Source: a virus
Reading direction: 5' to 3' (one strand)
DNA length: 64,000 nucleotides
Virus record (IMG/VR): IMGVR_UViG_3300013101_001415
Below are positions 19,105-28,841 of the stretch, piece by piece. How positions within the stretch are numbered: the stretch's first letter is position 1; each line of letters starts with the position of its first letter. The translations under genes were made by a program, and so were the position numbers. The notes under the pieces are model-generated. The model did not search any database, was not told where the DNA came from, and saw nothing but the letters and a program-made list of their open reading frames with translations.

Positions 19105-19700
19105 TGAATTATTTTATTGACACAGCTGATCAGGATGAAATTGAAAAATGGAAAAATTTTGTTGATGGAGCAACTAGCAACCCATCATTATTAAATAAAT
19201 CTAAAACTAATGCAGATGAATTTTTTATTAAAAATAAACATAATTTTAATAAAATATTTATTCAAGTTAGATCTTTAAAAGAATTATATCACTATAACAC
19301 AAGCGATAAAATTATATTCAAAGTTCCATTGTTAATAACAAAAGATTTTAATGGATTTGATTTAATTAAAAAAATAAAAAATATGGGTTATAAAACTTGT
19401 GCAACTATTACTTATGATCTCTTCCAATTTGATTATGCTTGTGAAGTTGATAGTGACTATAGTATTGTTTTATGTGCTAAAAATAAAAATAAAGATTTTC
19501 TTATAGAATGTGTAAATCTAAAAGAAGAAAGAAAATATAATACTAAAATTATAGCAGCAAGTTTTAGATCTATAGTTGATATTAGAGATGCTGTAGAATT
19601 TGGTGCTGATTATGCTACTGTTCCTCCAAAATATATGGAAGGGTTGTTTTTTAATCAAGATGCAATTAATGATTTTAATGATTTTTATGGAATAAAATAA
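19104..19700 (+). CDS. fructose-6-phosphate aldolase / transaldolase-family (TalC/FSA-like) enzyme
   Basis: FIDTAD...GATSNPSLL N-terminal motif and Schiff-base Lys context IIFKVP. Confidence 0.65.
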   Translation: MNYFIDTADQDEIEKWKNFVDGATSNPSLLNKSKTNADEFFIKNKHNFNKIFIQVRSLKELYHYNTSDKIIFKVPLLITKDFNGFDLIKKIKNMGYKTCATITYDLFQFDYACEVDSDYSIVLCAKNKNKDFLIECVNLKEERKYNTKIIAASFRSIVDIRDAVEFGADYATVPPKYMEGLFFNQDAINDFNDFYGIK

Positions 19701-20446
19701 TGAGAACTGTAGCAGTTATTTCTGCAAGATTAAAGTCAACTAGATTCCCAAATAAAATTATCCACAAACTTAATGGAAAGAGAATAATAGAACATGTTAT
19801 TAATAACACATCTAAGTTAAATTTTATTGATGATATAATTATAGCAACAGACGATGAAGATTTTGGTATAAAAATAACAGATGAATTTGACCAGGTTAAA
19901 GGTTATTTTATAAGCGATGCATGTTGTGGGACTCATAGGACATATCAATATTTTAAATCAATAAATAAATATAAATATAAGTATTATGTTTCTATACCAT
20001 GTGATGAACCATTAATAAACCCAGAAGAGATAAATAAAACATTCTCAAATATAGATGAATTATTTAATAATGAAATTGTAACTTTCTATACAAAATTTTT
20101 TTGTATGGAGGATTTAACAAGTCCATTGTCTTGTAAAATAGTTACGTCAAATGAAAATTATATGGTTTATAATTCAAGAGCAGTAGTTCCTATTCTAAAG
20201 AATGGATCTTATTTACCTTTAGATGATTATAAAAAACATTTAGGAATTTTTATATTTCCTAGAAATGTATTTGAAGAACACGGTGAAAATTTATGGTGGG
20301 GTACAACAGATATTGAATCATTAGAGCAAAATAGATTCCTCCAAAGAAAAGTACTTATTAAATTATATGAAACTAAACATATAGGTTTTGGTATTGATGT
20401 TTATTCTCAAATAAAAAAAATGGAGGAAAGAATGAATTGTGTTTAA
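19700..20446 (+). CDS. kdsB: CMP-3-deoxy-ulosonate cytidylyltransferase (KdsB/NeuA family)
   Basis: VISARLKSTRFPNKI..LNGKRIIEHV, IIIATDDED, CGTHRT, IPCDEPLI, KHLGIFIFPR align with KdsB. Confidence 0.75.
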   Translation: MRTVAVISARLKSTRFPNKIIHKLNGKRIIEHVINNTSKLNFIDDIIIATDDEDFGIKITDEFDQVKGYFISDACCGTHRTYQYFKSINKYKYKYYVSIPCDEPLINPEEINKTFSNIDELFNNEIVTFYTKFFCMEDLTSPLSCKIVTSNENYMVYNSRAVVPILKNGSYLPLDDYKKHLGIFIFPRNVFEEHGENLWWGTTDIESLEQNRFLQRKVLIKLYETKHIGFGIDVYSQIKKMEERMNCV

Positions 20447-20507
20447 AGGGTATTATTATTTTATTTAGAACATATATAAAAGATTAAAGTAAAAAAAGGA
20501 GTACAAT

Positions 20508-20711
20508 ATGTCTTTAATATTAGAAGCAAATCAAATATGTCCACATAGAACAAATTGTCCATATAATGACTGCAACACATGTTTGGGTGGTGATCAAGAT
20601 AGATTAACTAGATTTGAATGTGATTATATTGAAAATGGAGTTTTTATTGAAGGTGGAGTTCAAAGATCACGATTAGATCAAACTGGTAAAATGAAAATCA
20701 TAATGGAGTAA
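20508..20711 (+). CDS. small Cys-rich protein
   Basis: CPHRTNCPYNDCNTCLGG. Confidence 0.4.
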   Translation: MSLILEANQICPHRTNCPYNDCNTCLGGDQDRLTRFECDYIENGVFIEGGVQRSRLDQTGKMKIIME

Positions 20712-20715
20712 TGAA

Positions 20716-21144
20716 ATGGATGATTATAAAGATAATGAAGTAGTTGTTCAAGAACTTTTAGAAGATTTTGGAGTGCAAAGAGAAGCATTAAATCAAATGG
20801 TTGTTGATGTTGAAAAATTAAAAAAAGATATCGATAAACTATTTCCAGAAAAATTAAATGCTAGATATGCAAAATTTTTTGAAGATAAAGTTAAAACTGC
20901 TGTGGCAATGTTTAATACTCTATTAGATATTAGAAAAGAATTAATTAAAACAACAAAAGATGAAATAGAAATTAGACGTAAGGTTGCTGGTAAAGGTGAT
21001 CTTAATGATCTGATTGATGTTAGATCCTTAGCAAAAAAGATTGAAAAATTTGATAAAACAAATAACATATTGAAGAAAAAGAAAGACAAAATAAAAGAAC
21101 CTAAAATAGCTCAAGCTTTAAAAGAGTTAATAGAGGAGAAATAA
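20716..21144 (+). CDS. coiled-coil protein
   Basis: Lys/Glu-rich heptads; immediately upstream of recombinase (UvsY-like position, unproven). Confidence 0.4.
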   Translation: MDDYKDNEVVVQELLEDFGVQREALNQMVVDVEKLKKDIDKLFPEKLNARYAKFFEDKVKTAVAMFNTLLDIRKELIKTTKDEIEIRRKVAGKGDLNDLIDVRSLAKKIEKFDKTNNILKKKKDKIKEPKIAQALKELIEEK

Positions 21145-22356
21145 ATGACCAAAGATGAATTAGAAAAAATTGAAAAAGAAAAACAATATGAAAAGGAAAA
21201 ACAAGAAGATTCAGCTAAAATGTCAGAAGCTCTTAGTAGCATTAAAGTTGATGATAGTGATGTTCATTTAGAAAAAGTTGATAAAAAAAATCTAGAAGAT
21301 TCAACTGAAATAGATGAGTTATATGCTGAATTCAATGATTTTATTGAAGTTAAAGGTGAAATGAAAGCTGAAATAGAAGAAAAATTAACAGTCTCAACTG
21401 GTATAGATGTTTTAGATGCTATGTTAGGAGGCGGGTTTCCTGTTGGAGCTTTATCTATAATTGTTGGTAATCCAGGTTCTGGTAAATCAATGTTAGCAGC
21501 TCAAACTATGGGAGCAGCACAAAGAGAACATAAAGGTTGCTTAACATCCTTTTTAGATTCAGAAGAAGCTACTACTAGTCAGCGTTTAGCAAATTTGGGT
21601 GTTAATAAACCAAAAATTAACCCGTATACAGATATTACTGTTGAAAAAGTTTTTAAACACTTAGAAGTAATGTGTTTATTCAAAGATAAAAAAGGTATTA
21701 CTGATATTCCATCTGTATTATGTTGGGATTCAATTGCTAATACTTCATCTCAAAGAGAAAGAGAAGTTGAAGATTTAAATCAAGCGATTGGTTTTAAAGC
21801 AAGACTTTTATCATTCTTAATTCCAAAATATATTGCTAAATGTTCAAAATATAATATTGCTTTTTTAGCTGTTAATCAAATGAGAGAACAATTAGCAATG
21901 GGACAATTTGCTCCTGCTAAAGAACTTAGATTTTTAAGTGCTGGTAAATCTTTACCTGGTGGACAATCATTAAAGTTTAATGCTTTTGTATTACTTGAAA
22001 TGAAAGCTAAAGGTGTTCTTGATCCTAATAAATATGGTTTTGATGGAATATTAGTTGCTGTAACATCTGTTAAAAATAAATTAATGCCGCCAAACATGAC
22101 TGTTGAATTAATAGGAGATTTTATTAAAGGTTTTAATAACATTAGAACTAATTTTCATTTTCTTGTTCAACATAAAAGACTTCAATCTGGAGCATGGAAT
22201 TTTCTTAAATCTTATCCTGAGAAAAAATTTAGAACAAAAGATTTAGAAAGTCTTTATACAGAAGATAATAATTTTAAAGAAGCCTACGATAAAGCGGTTA
22301 AAGAATGTATTCAAACTGAAATTATAGATCCAACCATAGTAAATATAGATGAATAA
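21145..22356 (+). CDS. uvsX: UvsX/RecA-family recombinase
   Basis: GNPGSGKSMLAAQTMGAAQREHKGCLTSFLDSEEA...LGVN parallels RecA GPESSGKTT...AAQREGKTCAFIDAEHAL...LGVD. Confidence 0.75.
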   Translation: MTKDELEKIEKEKQYEKEKQEDSAKMSEALSSIKVDDSDVHLEKVDKKNLEDSTEIDELYAEFNDFIEVKGEMKAEIEEKLTVSTGIDVLDAMLGGGFPVGALSIIVGNPGSGKSMLAAQTMGAAQREHKGCLTSFLDSEEATTSQRLANLGVNKPKINPYTDITVEKVFKHLEVMCLFKDKKGITDIPSVLCWDSIANTSSQREREVEDLNQAIGFKARLLSFLIPKYIAKCSKYNIAFLAVNQMREQLAMGQFAPAKELRFLSAGKSLPGGQSLKFNAFVLLEMKAKGVLDPNKYGFDGILVAVTSVKNKLMPPNMTVELIGDFIKGFNNIRTNFHFLVQHKRLQSGAWNFLKSYPEKKFRTKDLESLYTEDNNFKEAYDKAVKECIQTEIIDPTIVNIDE

Positions 22357-22377
22357 GTTTGATGCTGAATATACTTC

Positions 22378-22398
22378 TTTTTTAGAACAAAATATAAA
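22378..22398 (+). promoter_or_regulatory. promoter-like motif TTTTTTAGAACAAAATATAAA
   Basis: 21/21 identical to motif at 32363-32383; 44 bp upstream of ATG 22442. Confidence 0.4.
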
Positions 22399-22441
22399 AT
22401 GAATACTAAATTTTATGTTAATTTAAAAAGGGGAAGATGTT

Positions 22442-22729
22442 ATGAATATGAGTGACGTTTTGCAAGAGTTTGTTGATTCTACAATTAAGAAAATAGTTGA
22501 TAGTCCAGATAATGTTAAAACAATAGCAACTGTATCAACTAAGTCAGTTATGGTTCAAATTAAAAGTGATCAAGAAGATTTAGGAAAAATTATTGGGAAA
22601 AAAGGAAGAACTATTGAATCATTAAAAATTTTAACTTTAGCTATAAAAAATACTCAGTTTCCAAGAGATACAAGACGAGTTGTTCTTGAAATCATTGAAG
22701 ATGAGTCATCTAGTTTTTTAGATTTATAA
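22442..22729 (+). CDS. KH-domain RNA-binding protein
   Basis: LGKIIGKKGRTIESLK (KH GxxG loop). Confidence 0.55.
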   Translation: MNMSDVLQEFVDSTIKKIVDSPDNVKTIATVSTKSVMVQIKSDQEDLGKIIGKKGRTIESLKILTLAIKNTQFPRDTRRVVLEIIEDESSSFLDL

Positions 22730-22742
22730 GGGAGGAAGTAAT

Positions 22743-23306
22743 ATGTTACAAAAAGAGAGTAAATTAAGAGTTCTTGAAAATTTCTATGGGCTTGATTATG
22801 TTTTCTTTGGAAAACCTGTTCAAGAAATGAAAGCTTGTTGTGAGTCATTAGTTGAAGATTATATGACAATTAAAGGTGCATTTATGTCACTAATGATTGA
22901 AATGTATGATTTAATTGAACACGATCCAGAAGGATTGGATGAAAATATTGACAAAGAAGATCTTAGATTTTTAGCGAGAGAATCAGCTAAAGTTGCTAGG
23001 GTTAATGCCAAACAATTAGTTGAAACTGAGCAGGGTAGAGCAGATGTTAAAGCTGCATTAAAAGAAGCATTAGAAGAAAATGTTGATCTTAATGTGGAAG
23101 ATGAAGTAAGAGAAACTATCAGACAGAAAGCTTTTGGTTTAGCTGTTGATAATTTACTTGTAAGTAGATCTCTTGGCGAATCTGTATCAGTAGAAAAATT
23201 AAATAACTGGGATGGACAAATTGTTGAAGATGCTTACAAAGTACTTAGAGACAATATGGTTGAATCAGCATTATTTATATTAGAGGCTAATGAGCTTACA
23301 GAGTAA
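22743..23306 (+). CDS. hypothetical acidic protein
   Basis: RBS GGGAGGAAGTAATATG. Confidence 0.5.
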   Translation: MLQKESKLRVLENFYGLDYVFFGKPVQEMKACCESLVEDYMTIKGAFMSLMIEMYDLIEHDPEGLDENIDKEDLRFLARESAKVARVNAKQLVETEQGRADVKAALKEALEENVDLNVEDEVRETIRQKAFGLAVDNLLVSRSLGESVSVEKLNNWDGQIVEDAYKVLRDNMVESALFILEANELTE

Positions 23307-24204
23307 TAGTTATTCAAGTTTAATAAAATATTTAGACGATGAAACTTTTAAAACAAAAAACATTAAAAAATCTAATGTTAAAAAAATTGAAAAAGAAGAA
23401 GTTTCTGAAACAACTAATCAACTTATAAAAGACTCCCTTGAAGGATTATACTCGGATGTTATTCAAAAAACTCCGAACAGAACTTCAAGGGGGTTTGTTG
23501 TAGAAAATTTTGAATCTCTTATGAGATCAAAGTTAGTTGATGAACATAAAAAAAGACAAAGCTATGATAGACCTTATATCTCTGTTACCGAGTTATTTAC
23601 CTGTATCAGACAAAATTATTATGCTAGAAAAAAGTATGATATCGATATTAAAAAACAATATGGGTTTTCATATTTACATTTAATCAATAATATAGGTAAT
23701 AAGGTTCACGATTATATTCAAGAATTATATAATCACACTGAAGTAGAAAAGACTTTAGTTAGTGAAAAATATAAAGTAAAAGGACGTGTGGATGGCATAA
23801 GAGATAATTTTCTTTTAGAATATAAAACCATTGATGAAAATAAATTCAAAGGGAAATATTTAATTAATCATTATAACCAAGGAATTATTTATGCTTATAT
23901 TTTGAATAAAGAATATGGTTATAAAATTGATACAATAACTATAGTATATATTATTAGAAACTTAAAAAGAATAATTCCTTTTGATTTGCCTATTGATGAT
24001 GTTAAAGCTAAAAGTTTTTTAAAAATTGCTCCAATTTTATTAGAATGTTTAAATAAAGATATAGTACCTCAACCATTAAATTATGACGATGAACAATGTA
24101 AATGGTGCCAATATAAAAAATATTGTGAAGAAGATGGAATGGATAATAAAACTTTAGATAAAGATACAAATAAACAAGTTAAAAAATCAGTATTTTTATT
24201 ATAA
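23290..24204 (+). CDS. PD-(D/E)xK nuclease, Cas4/RecB-like with C-terminal Fe-S cysteine cluster
   Basis: GRVDGI...LLEYKT (D...ExK), Cys near aa 105, C-terminal CKWCQYKKYC. Confidence 0.6.
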   Translation: MSLQSNSYSSLIKYLDDETFKTKNIKKSNVKKIEKEEVSETTNQLIKDSLEGLYSDVIQKTPNRTSRGFVVENFESLMRSKLVDEHKKRQSYDRPYISVTELFTCIRQNYYARKKYDIDIKKQYGFSYLHLINNIGNKVHDYIQELYNHTEVEKTLVSEKYKVKGRVDGIRDNFLLEYKTIDENKFKGKYLINHYNQGIIYAYILNKEYGYKIDTITIVYIIRNLKRIIPFDLPIDDVKAKSFLKIAPILLECLNKDIVPQPLNYDDEQCKWCQYKKYCEEDGMDNKTLDKDTNKQVKKSVFLL

Positions 24205-24219
24205 ATAAAGGATAATAAA

Positions 24220-26043
24220 ATGATAGTTATATGGCCATTAATTGTATCAAAAACAGTTGATCAAAAGATTTTACCAGGTGTTTGTAAAGCTCTTGAAAAA
24301 TATGTTTATATAAATGAACTAGATGAAGTTTTAGAATCTGCTAATAGAAGTATTAAAGCTAAGAATTCTAAAAGTAAAATATTCATAGCTTTAAAAACTA
24401 TTAGTGGTAAGATGAAATTAGTTGCAGAACAATTAGAAGAAGGTAGAACTATTGAAGATTTTCTTTTAGAAACATATGGGTCGGTTGAAGATCAATCTTT
24501 AGAATCTTTATTAGAACTAACTGGAAGAGGAAAAAAAGGACAAACCCAACAATCAACTACATCTTCAACTAAACGTAGAGATCCTTTATCTGGTATTGAA
24601 TATACTTCTACTTCTTCTACTAGTAGTCAACCAAAAGATAGAGATTCATATGCAGATGCATATCAAGCAGCCAAAGCTAAAAGTGATATTATAAAAGTAA
24701 CAGGAGAGGCACCTACATTTGGTAGAATGGATCAAACTTTAATATCCCAAGAACCAACATGGAATTCAGTTACAGATCAGCAAGGAAATACTACTGCTAT
24801 TGGAGTAAAATGTGTTCCTTTTATTATAGATAATGAACAGTCATTAATTAGATTAATGACCGTAGATAGATATAGACGAGATCTTAGCGCCAGCACTCAT
24901 GTTCAAGCAAGAAAAATTTTAAGACTTATTCAAAACATAGGTAATAGAGCATGGAAAGCTACTCTTGGATTATTATCTTTTACAGGTTTTGTTGATAAAG
25001 ATTTAGTAAAAGGTACAATTACAAAAAATTGGAAAAATGATATAATTTTACAAAATACATCATTTGGTAAAAAAATGTTTATTCTTTTAAATAAAATGGA
25101 TCTAGATGATGAATTTGTAAAAGAAGCAAAAGGTGTTAAAAAATTATTTACTTTAGGTTGGACTTCATTTATTATAGCTGATGATGTTAATAAAGTTGTA
25201 ACTTTTTGTATGAAAGCTTATAAAGGAATGTGTTCAATGGTAAATTATGGTTTTTTATATGCTGATTCAAGAACACAACATCAAGTATATCAAGATATAG
25301 ATGATATAAGAAGATCTGCTACTCCAATGTTTAGAATGAAAAGGAGAAAAAAATCAATGATTACAGATAATTTAGCTCAATATAAATTAGATCAATATTC
25401 ACAACAACTATTAGAATCAGATTTAATTTTAAACGAGAGTGCATTTCCAGAGGTAGTTAATTTTATAAAAAATAAACCAAAACAAGTTGCTGGGATCTTA
25501 AAATCTATTGCTAGTTCTACAAAAAGAAACGACTTCAAAGGTGCTGCTAAAATTGCAAGAAGATTAAACCCTAATAATAAAAAATTAGATATTAATAAAT
25601 CAGTACAAAAGTTAATGACTACAAATCCAGATTTTAAGAAGAATTTTAACTTAACAAAAAGAATATTTAAAAATTCATTACCAGGGTTAGATGAAGAATC
25701 TTTAAAAGTTGGTTCTACTTTATTAGCAATTGGTTCTATTATAAATAAAGATGATAAAAATATAAAAAATAATATAAAACAAGTTGTATTAAAGACTAGA
25801 AATAAAATAAAGAGTCTTGATGAAGATAATGATGATTTTTCTGCAGATTTAAGAGTTGCATTCTATTTTTCTTTAGCAACACTTATAGTTGGTGGAGCAA
25901 CAACAGTTGGTGTTATTTTTGGACTATCGGTTATGATACCTGCTTCTATTCCTGCTATAACTACATTATATTATTATACAATATATTCTATAGTTGTTTT
26001 TTTCATATTCAAAGTTCTCTCACTGAAATACTACGGAGGTTAA
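24220..26043 (+). CDS. large protein with C-terminal transmembrane anchor; possible virion/structural protein
   Basis: 607 aa; Ser/Thr-rich stretch; two C-terminal TM helices. Confidence 0.5.
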   Translation: MIVIWPLIVSKTVDQKILPGVCKALEKYVYINELDEVLESANRSIKAKNSKSKIFIALKTISGKMKLVAEQLEEGRTIEDFLLETYGSVEDQSLESLLELTGRGKKGQTQQSTTSSTKRRDPLSGIEYTSTSSTSSQPKDRDSYADAYQAAKAKSDIIKVTGEAPTFGRMDQTLISQEPTWNSVTDQQGNTTAIGVKCVPFIIDNEQSLIRLMTVDRYRRDLSASTHVQARKILRLIQNIGNRAWKATLGLLSFTGFVDKDLVKGTITKNWKNDIILQNTSFGKKMFILLNKMDLDDEFVKEAKGVKKLFTLGWTSFIIADDVNKVVTFCMKAYKGMCSMVNYGFLYADSRTQHQVYQDIDDIRRSATPMFRMKRRKKSMITDNLAQYKLDQYSQQLLESDLILNESAFPEVVNFIKNKPKQVAGILKSIASSTKRNDFKGAAKIARRLNPNNKKLDINKSVQKLMTTNPDFKKNFNLTKRIFKNSLPGLDEESLKVGSTLLAIGSIINKDDKNIKNNIKQVVLKTRNKIKSLDEDNDDFSADLRVAFYFSLATLIVGGATTVGVIFGLSVMIPASIPAITTLYYYTIYSIVVFFIFKVLSLKYYGG

Positions 26044-26045
26044 TA

Positions 26046-26663
26046 ATGGACGATACAGAAAATATTAATATTGATTCAGAAGTTGATGGGTTAGAATTAT
26101 ATAGTGATCAGTATCCATTTAGATTACCTTTAAGAATTTCTAATTTTGAAAATGAAGCAGAATATACTAAGTTTATAAGGAATTGTGAGAGACATATTAG
26201 GTCTAGTATTGAATATAAGCAATGGAGAAATTATATAATTGATGTACTAGGTGTGCAAACTTGCATGGTAACCAATGAAAGAATGGATCAATGTACAATT
26301 GAAGTTCATCACCATGTACCTAGTTTGTTTGTTTTGGTTAAATCTATCCTTAATAAAAAAATAGACAATGAAGAAGAATTTTCTACATTTGATATATCAT
26401 TAGAAGCTATTAAATATCATTTTCAAAATAAAGTGGGGTATGTTACTTTAATAAGTTCTATCCATGAAAAATTTCATAATGGATTTTTGGGTATTCCTGC
26501 TACTACAATCAAAGGTAATTATAGATCTTTTATGGATGAATATTCCAGACATATAGATGATGAAGATTTAGATGTAATTCATCAAAGATTATCTATTAAT
26601 GAAAGTAACTGTGGTTGGGCAAGGGATGATTATCCTGGACAACAAGAAGCAGTGGGTGAGTAA
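26046..26663 (+). CDS. hypothetical protein
   Basis: 205 aa ORF tightly packed. Confidence 0.5.
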   Translation: MDDTENINIDSEVDGLELYSDQYPFRLPLRISNFENEAEYTKFIRNCERHIRSSIEYKQWRNYIIDVLGVQTCMVTNERMDQCTIEVHHHVPSLFVLVKSILNKKIDNEEEFSTFDISLEAIKYHFQNKVGYVTLISSIHEKFHNGFLGIPATTIKGNYRSFMDEYSRHIDDEDLDVIHQRLSINESNCGWARDDYPGQQEAVGE

Positions 26664-26665
26664 TA

Positions 26666-27055
26666 ATGTTTACTATAGACGTTGAAGCTAAAAAAAATAA
26701 AACACTTCCAACTAGTTTAGATTTTATGGGTAAATCCTATATAACAACTAATGGTAAAGTTGTATTTCCTTCGCCAACATTTTGGTTACTTGAAAAACAT
26801 TTATTTTTTCTAGCAGCTCATTCTAAAAAGAAAACTTTTAAACAAAAATATATTATGAGACCTGATTATTTATCATATGATGAATATAATACAGTTGTAT
26901 TAGCTCCAATGTTAATGTATGTTAACGGAGTTTTTACTACAGAAGACTTTAATTTAAATGAGGTTATAATTCCGAAAATATCTTTTATTTCAGAAATATT
27001 AATTGATAAATTTCCAGAATTATCTCCAGATGATTTAGAGGTGATAAATTGGTAA
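26666..27055 (+). CDS. hypothetical protein
   Basis: 129 aa. Confidence 0.45.
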   Translation: MFTIDVEAKKNKTLPTSLDFMGKSYITTNGKVVFPSPTFWLLEKHLFFLAAHSKKKTFKQKYIMRPDYLSYDEYNTVVLAPMLMYVNGVFTTEDFNLNEVIIPKISFISEILIDKFPELSPDDLEVINW

Positions 27056-27936
27056 TCAAAGAAAAATTTTTATTATTAAAAAATATTCCTAATGTTGTAA
27101 ATATATCGTCATCTAGTTTGCGAACAAGAGTAGTTGATGATGGATTTGAAACCTTTAAGTCTATTTTAAATCTTTTAGAAAAAAAGATAACTCACTTTAC
27201 AAAAAATAAAGTTTATAAAACTTTAAATTCTAAAAAACAATTAATTGAAATTGTTTACTTACCTGATTATTCTCTACCTGTTACTTATAATAAAGCAACC
27301 AAACAAATTCTTATAAATTTAAGTTCTTTTAATACTAAAGAAATAACTACTATGAATCCAACATCACGTGATTTATATGGCAGTTTAGTATATGGAGTTT
27401 GTTTAAAAGAATTATTAACAAAACAAGCTATTCCAGATAAATTTGCAGGACATATTATTGCTTATCTATTATCAGTATTTATTAGAGTGTTTGGTAAAGA
27501 ATATGGATTAATAGGAATATATTCAACTCAAATACCAAAATTAAAATTTTTAATAGCTTGTTATATTTATGCATCATTTTTTAATATAACAGGTGATAGA
27601 ATGTTGAGAAATTCATCTATTGCGACAGCTTACAATTATAAAAATGATATTGATTTATTAAAGAAATTTGATTTTACTGATATTAATGAATTTATAAAAG
27701 CATTAGATCAACTAAAAGTTTTTCCTGGTATTAGTAAATATAATTTTGTATCAAAAATATATAGATTTTTAAGTATACATTTTATCCCAGCTATTGAAGA
27801 TTGTGCTAGATTCATTTGTGTTCTAACTACTAGTGATATTCCTGGAATTACACCAGCATTATCTCCAGCTTTTTATTATAGATATAATGAAACAGAATTT
27901 AATACTGTGATGCAAATAGCCAAAAGAATTTTTTAA
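27049..27936 (+). CDS. hypothetical protein
   Basis: 295 aa. Confidence 0.5.
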   Translation: MVIKEKFLLLKNIPNVVNISSSSLRTRVVDDGFETFKSILNLLEKKITHFTKNKVYKTLNSKKQLIEIVYLPDYSLPVTYNKATKQILINLSSFNTKEITTMNPTSRDLYGSLVYGVCLKELLTKQAIPDKFAGHIIAYLLSVFIRVFGKEYGLIGIYSTQIPKLKFLIACYIYASFFNITGDRMLRNSSIATAYNYKNDIDLLKKFDFTDINEFIKALDQLKVFPGISKYNFVSKIYRFLSIHFIPAIEDCARFICVLTTSDIPGITPALSPAFYYRYNETEFNTVMQIAKRIF

Positions 27937-27947
27937 AGGTGTGAATA

Positions 27948-28841
27948 ATGGATATATCAAATAAATTATATGGATTTTATAGAGCAAAGGTTGTTGGTAA
28001 TAAAGATGTGAAAAAGTTTGGTAGGGTGGTAGTTTGGATACCTGCTATTATGCAAGAAATAGAAGATAATAGAGGTTTATTAGCTCGTCCTGCTAATAAT
28101 CCATTAGGAGGGCGAAATGTTGGGGGTGATGAAGAACATTATTACATGGGTAGTTCATATATTCCGAAGCGCGGTAGTTGGGTATTTGTATTTTTTGAAG
28201 CAGGGAATCCTGATAATCCTTATTACTTCGGGTCTTGTGACTTGGAGAATACTCAAGTCTTACCAGAAAACAGATTAGGTAAAAATTATGAAGATAAATG
28301 GGTAATTTTAAAATCACATGAGGGAAGAACAATAATGATTTCTGATGACCCTGATGATGCAAGAGTTGAAATTACTGGCAAGAAAAGAAAAATGTTAGAT
28401 ACTGCAGAAAAACCTACAGGAGATGAGGATTCAGTATATAAGATTGATAAAAACCAAACTACTATATTATTAGATGAACGAAAAGGAAAAGAAAAAGTTT
28501 TAATCAGAACCCATAAAGGTGATTATATTCATATAGATGTGGATCAACAAAGTCTTCAATTAGAGTTTGCAAATGATATAAATATAAAATGTGGTGGTAA
28601 GCTTAGTATTCAGGCATTAAAAGATATTCATATTAAAGGACAAAATATTAATACTGAATCAATTTTATCAAGTCATAGAAAAGCAGGTACTAATATTCAT
28701 GATGGAGCAGGTGTTTCTCATCATACTATAGCAGAAAAATTAATAGCAAGAGATGCTAAAAAAATTCAGGATAATGGAGAAAAATCTGTAGATGTAAAAC
28801 CAGCCAAACCAACACCACCAGCAGGTGAAAGGAATACATAA
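27948..28841 (+). CDS. baseplate central spike (gpV/gp5 OB-fold family)
   Basis: YGFYRAKVVGNKDVKKFGRVVVWIP and PKRGSWVFVFFEAGNPDNPYYFG resemble gpV/gp5 N-terminal OB domain motifs. Confidence 0.55.
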   Translation: MDISNKLYGFYRAKVVGNKDVKKFGRVVVWIPAIMQEIEDNRGLLARPANNPLGGRNVGGDEEHYYMGSSYIPKRGSWVFVFFEAGNPDNPYYFGSCDLENTQVLPENRLGKNYEDKWVILKSHEGRTIMISDDPDDARVEITGKKRKMLDTAEKPTGDEDSVYKIDKNQTTILLDERKGKEKVLIRTHKGDYIHIDVDQQSLQLEFANDINIKCGGKLSIQALKDIHIKGQNINTESILSSHRKAGTNIHDGAGVSHHTIAEKLIARDAKKIQDNGEKSVDVKPAKPTPPAGERNT

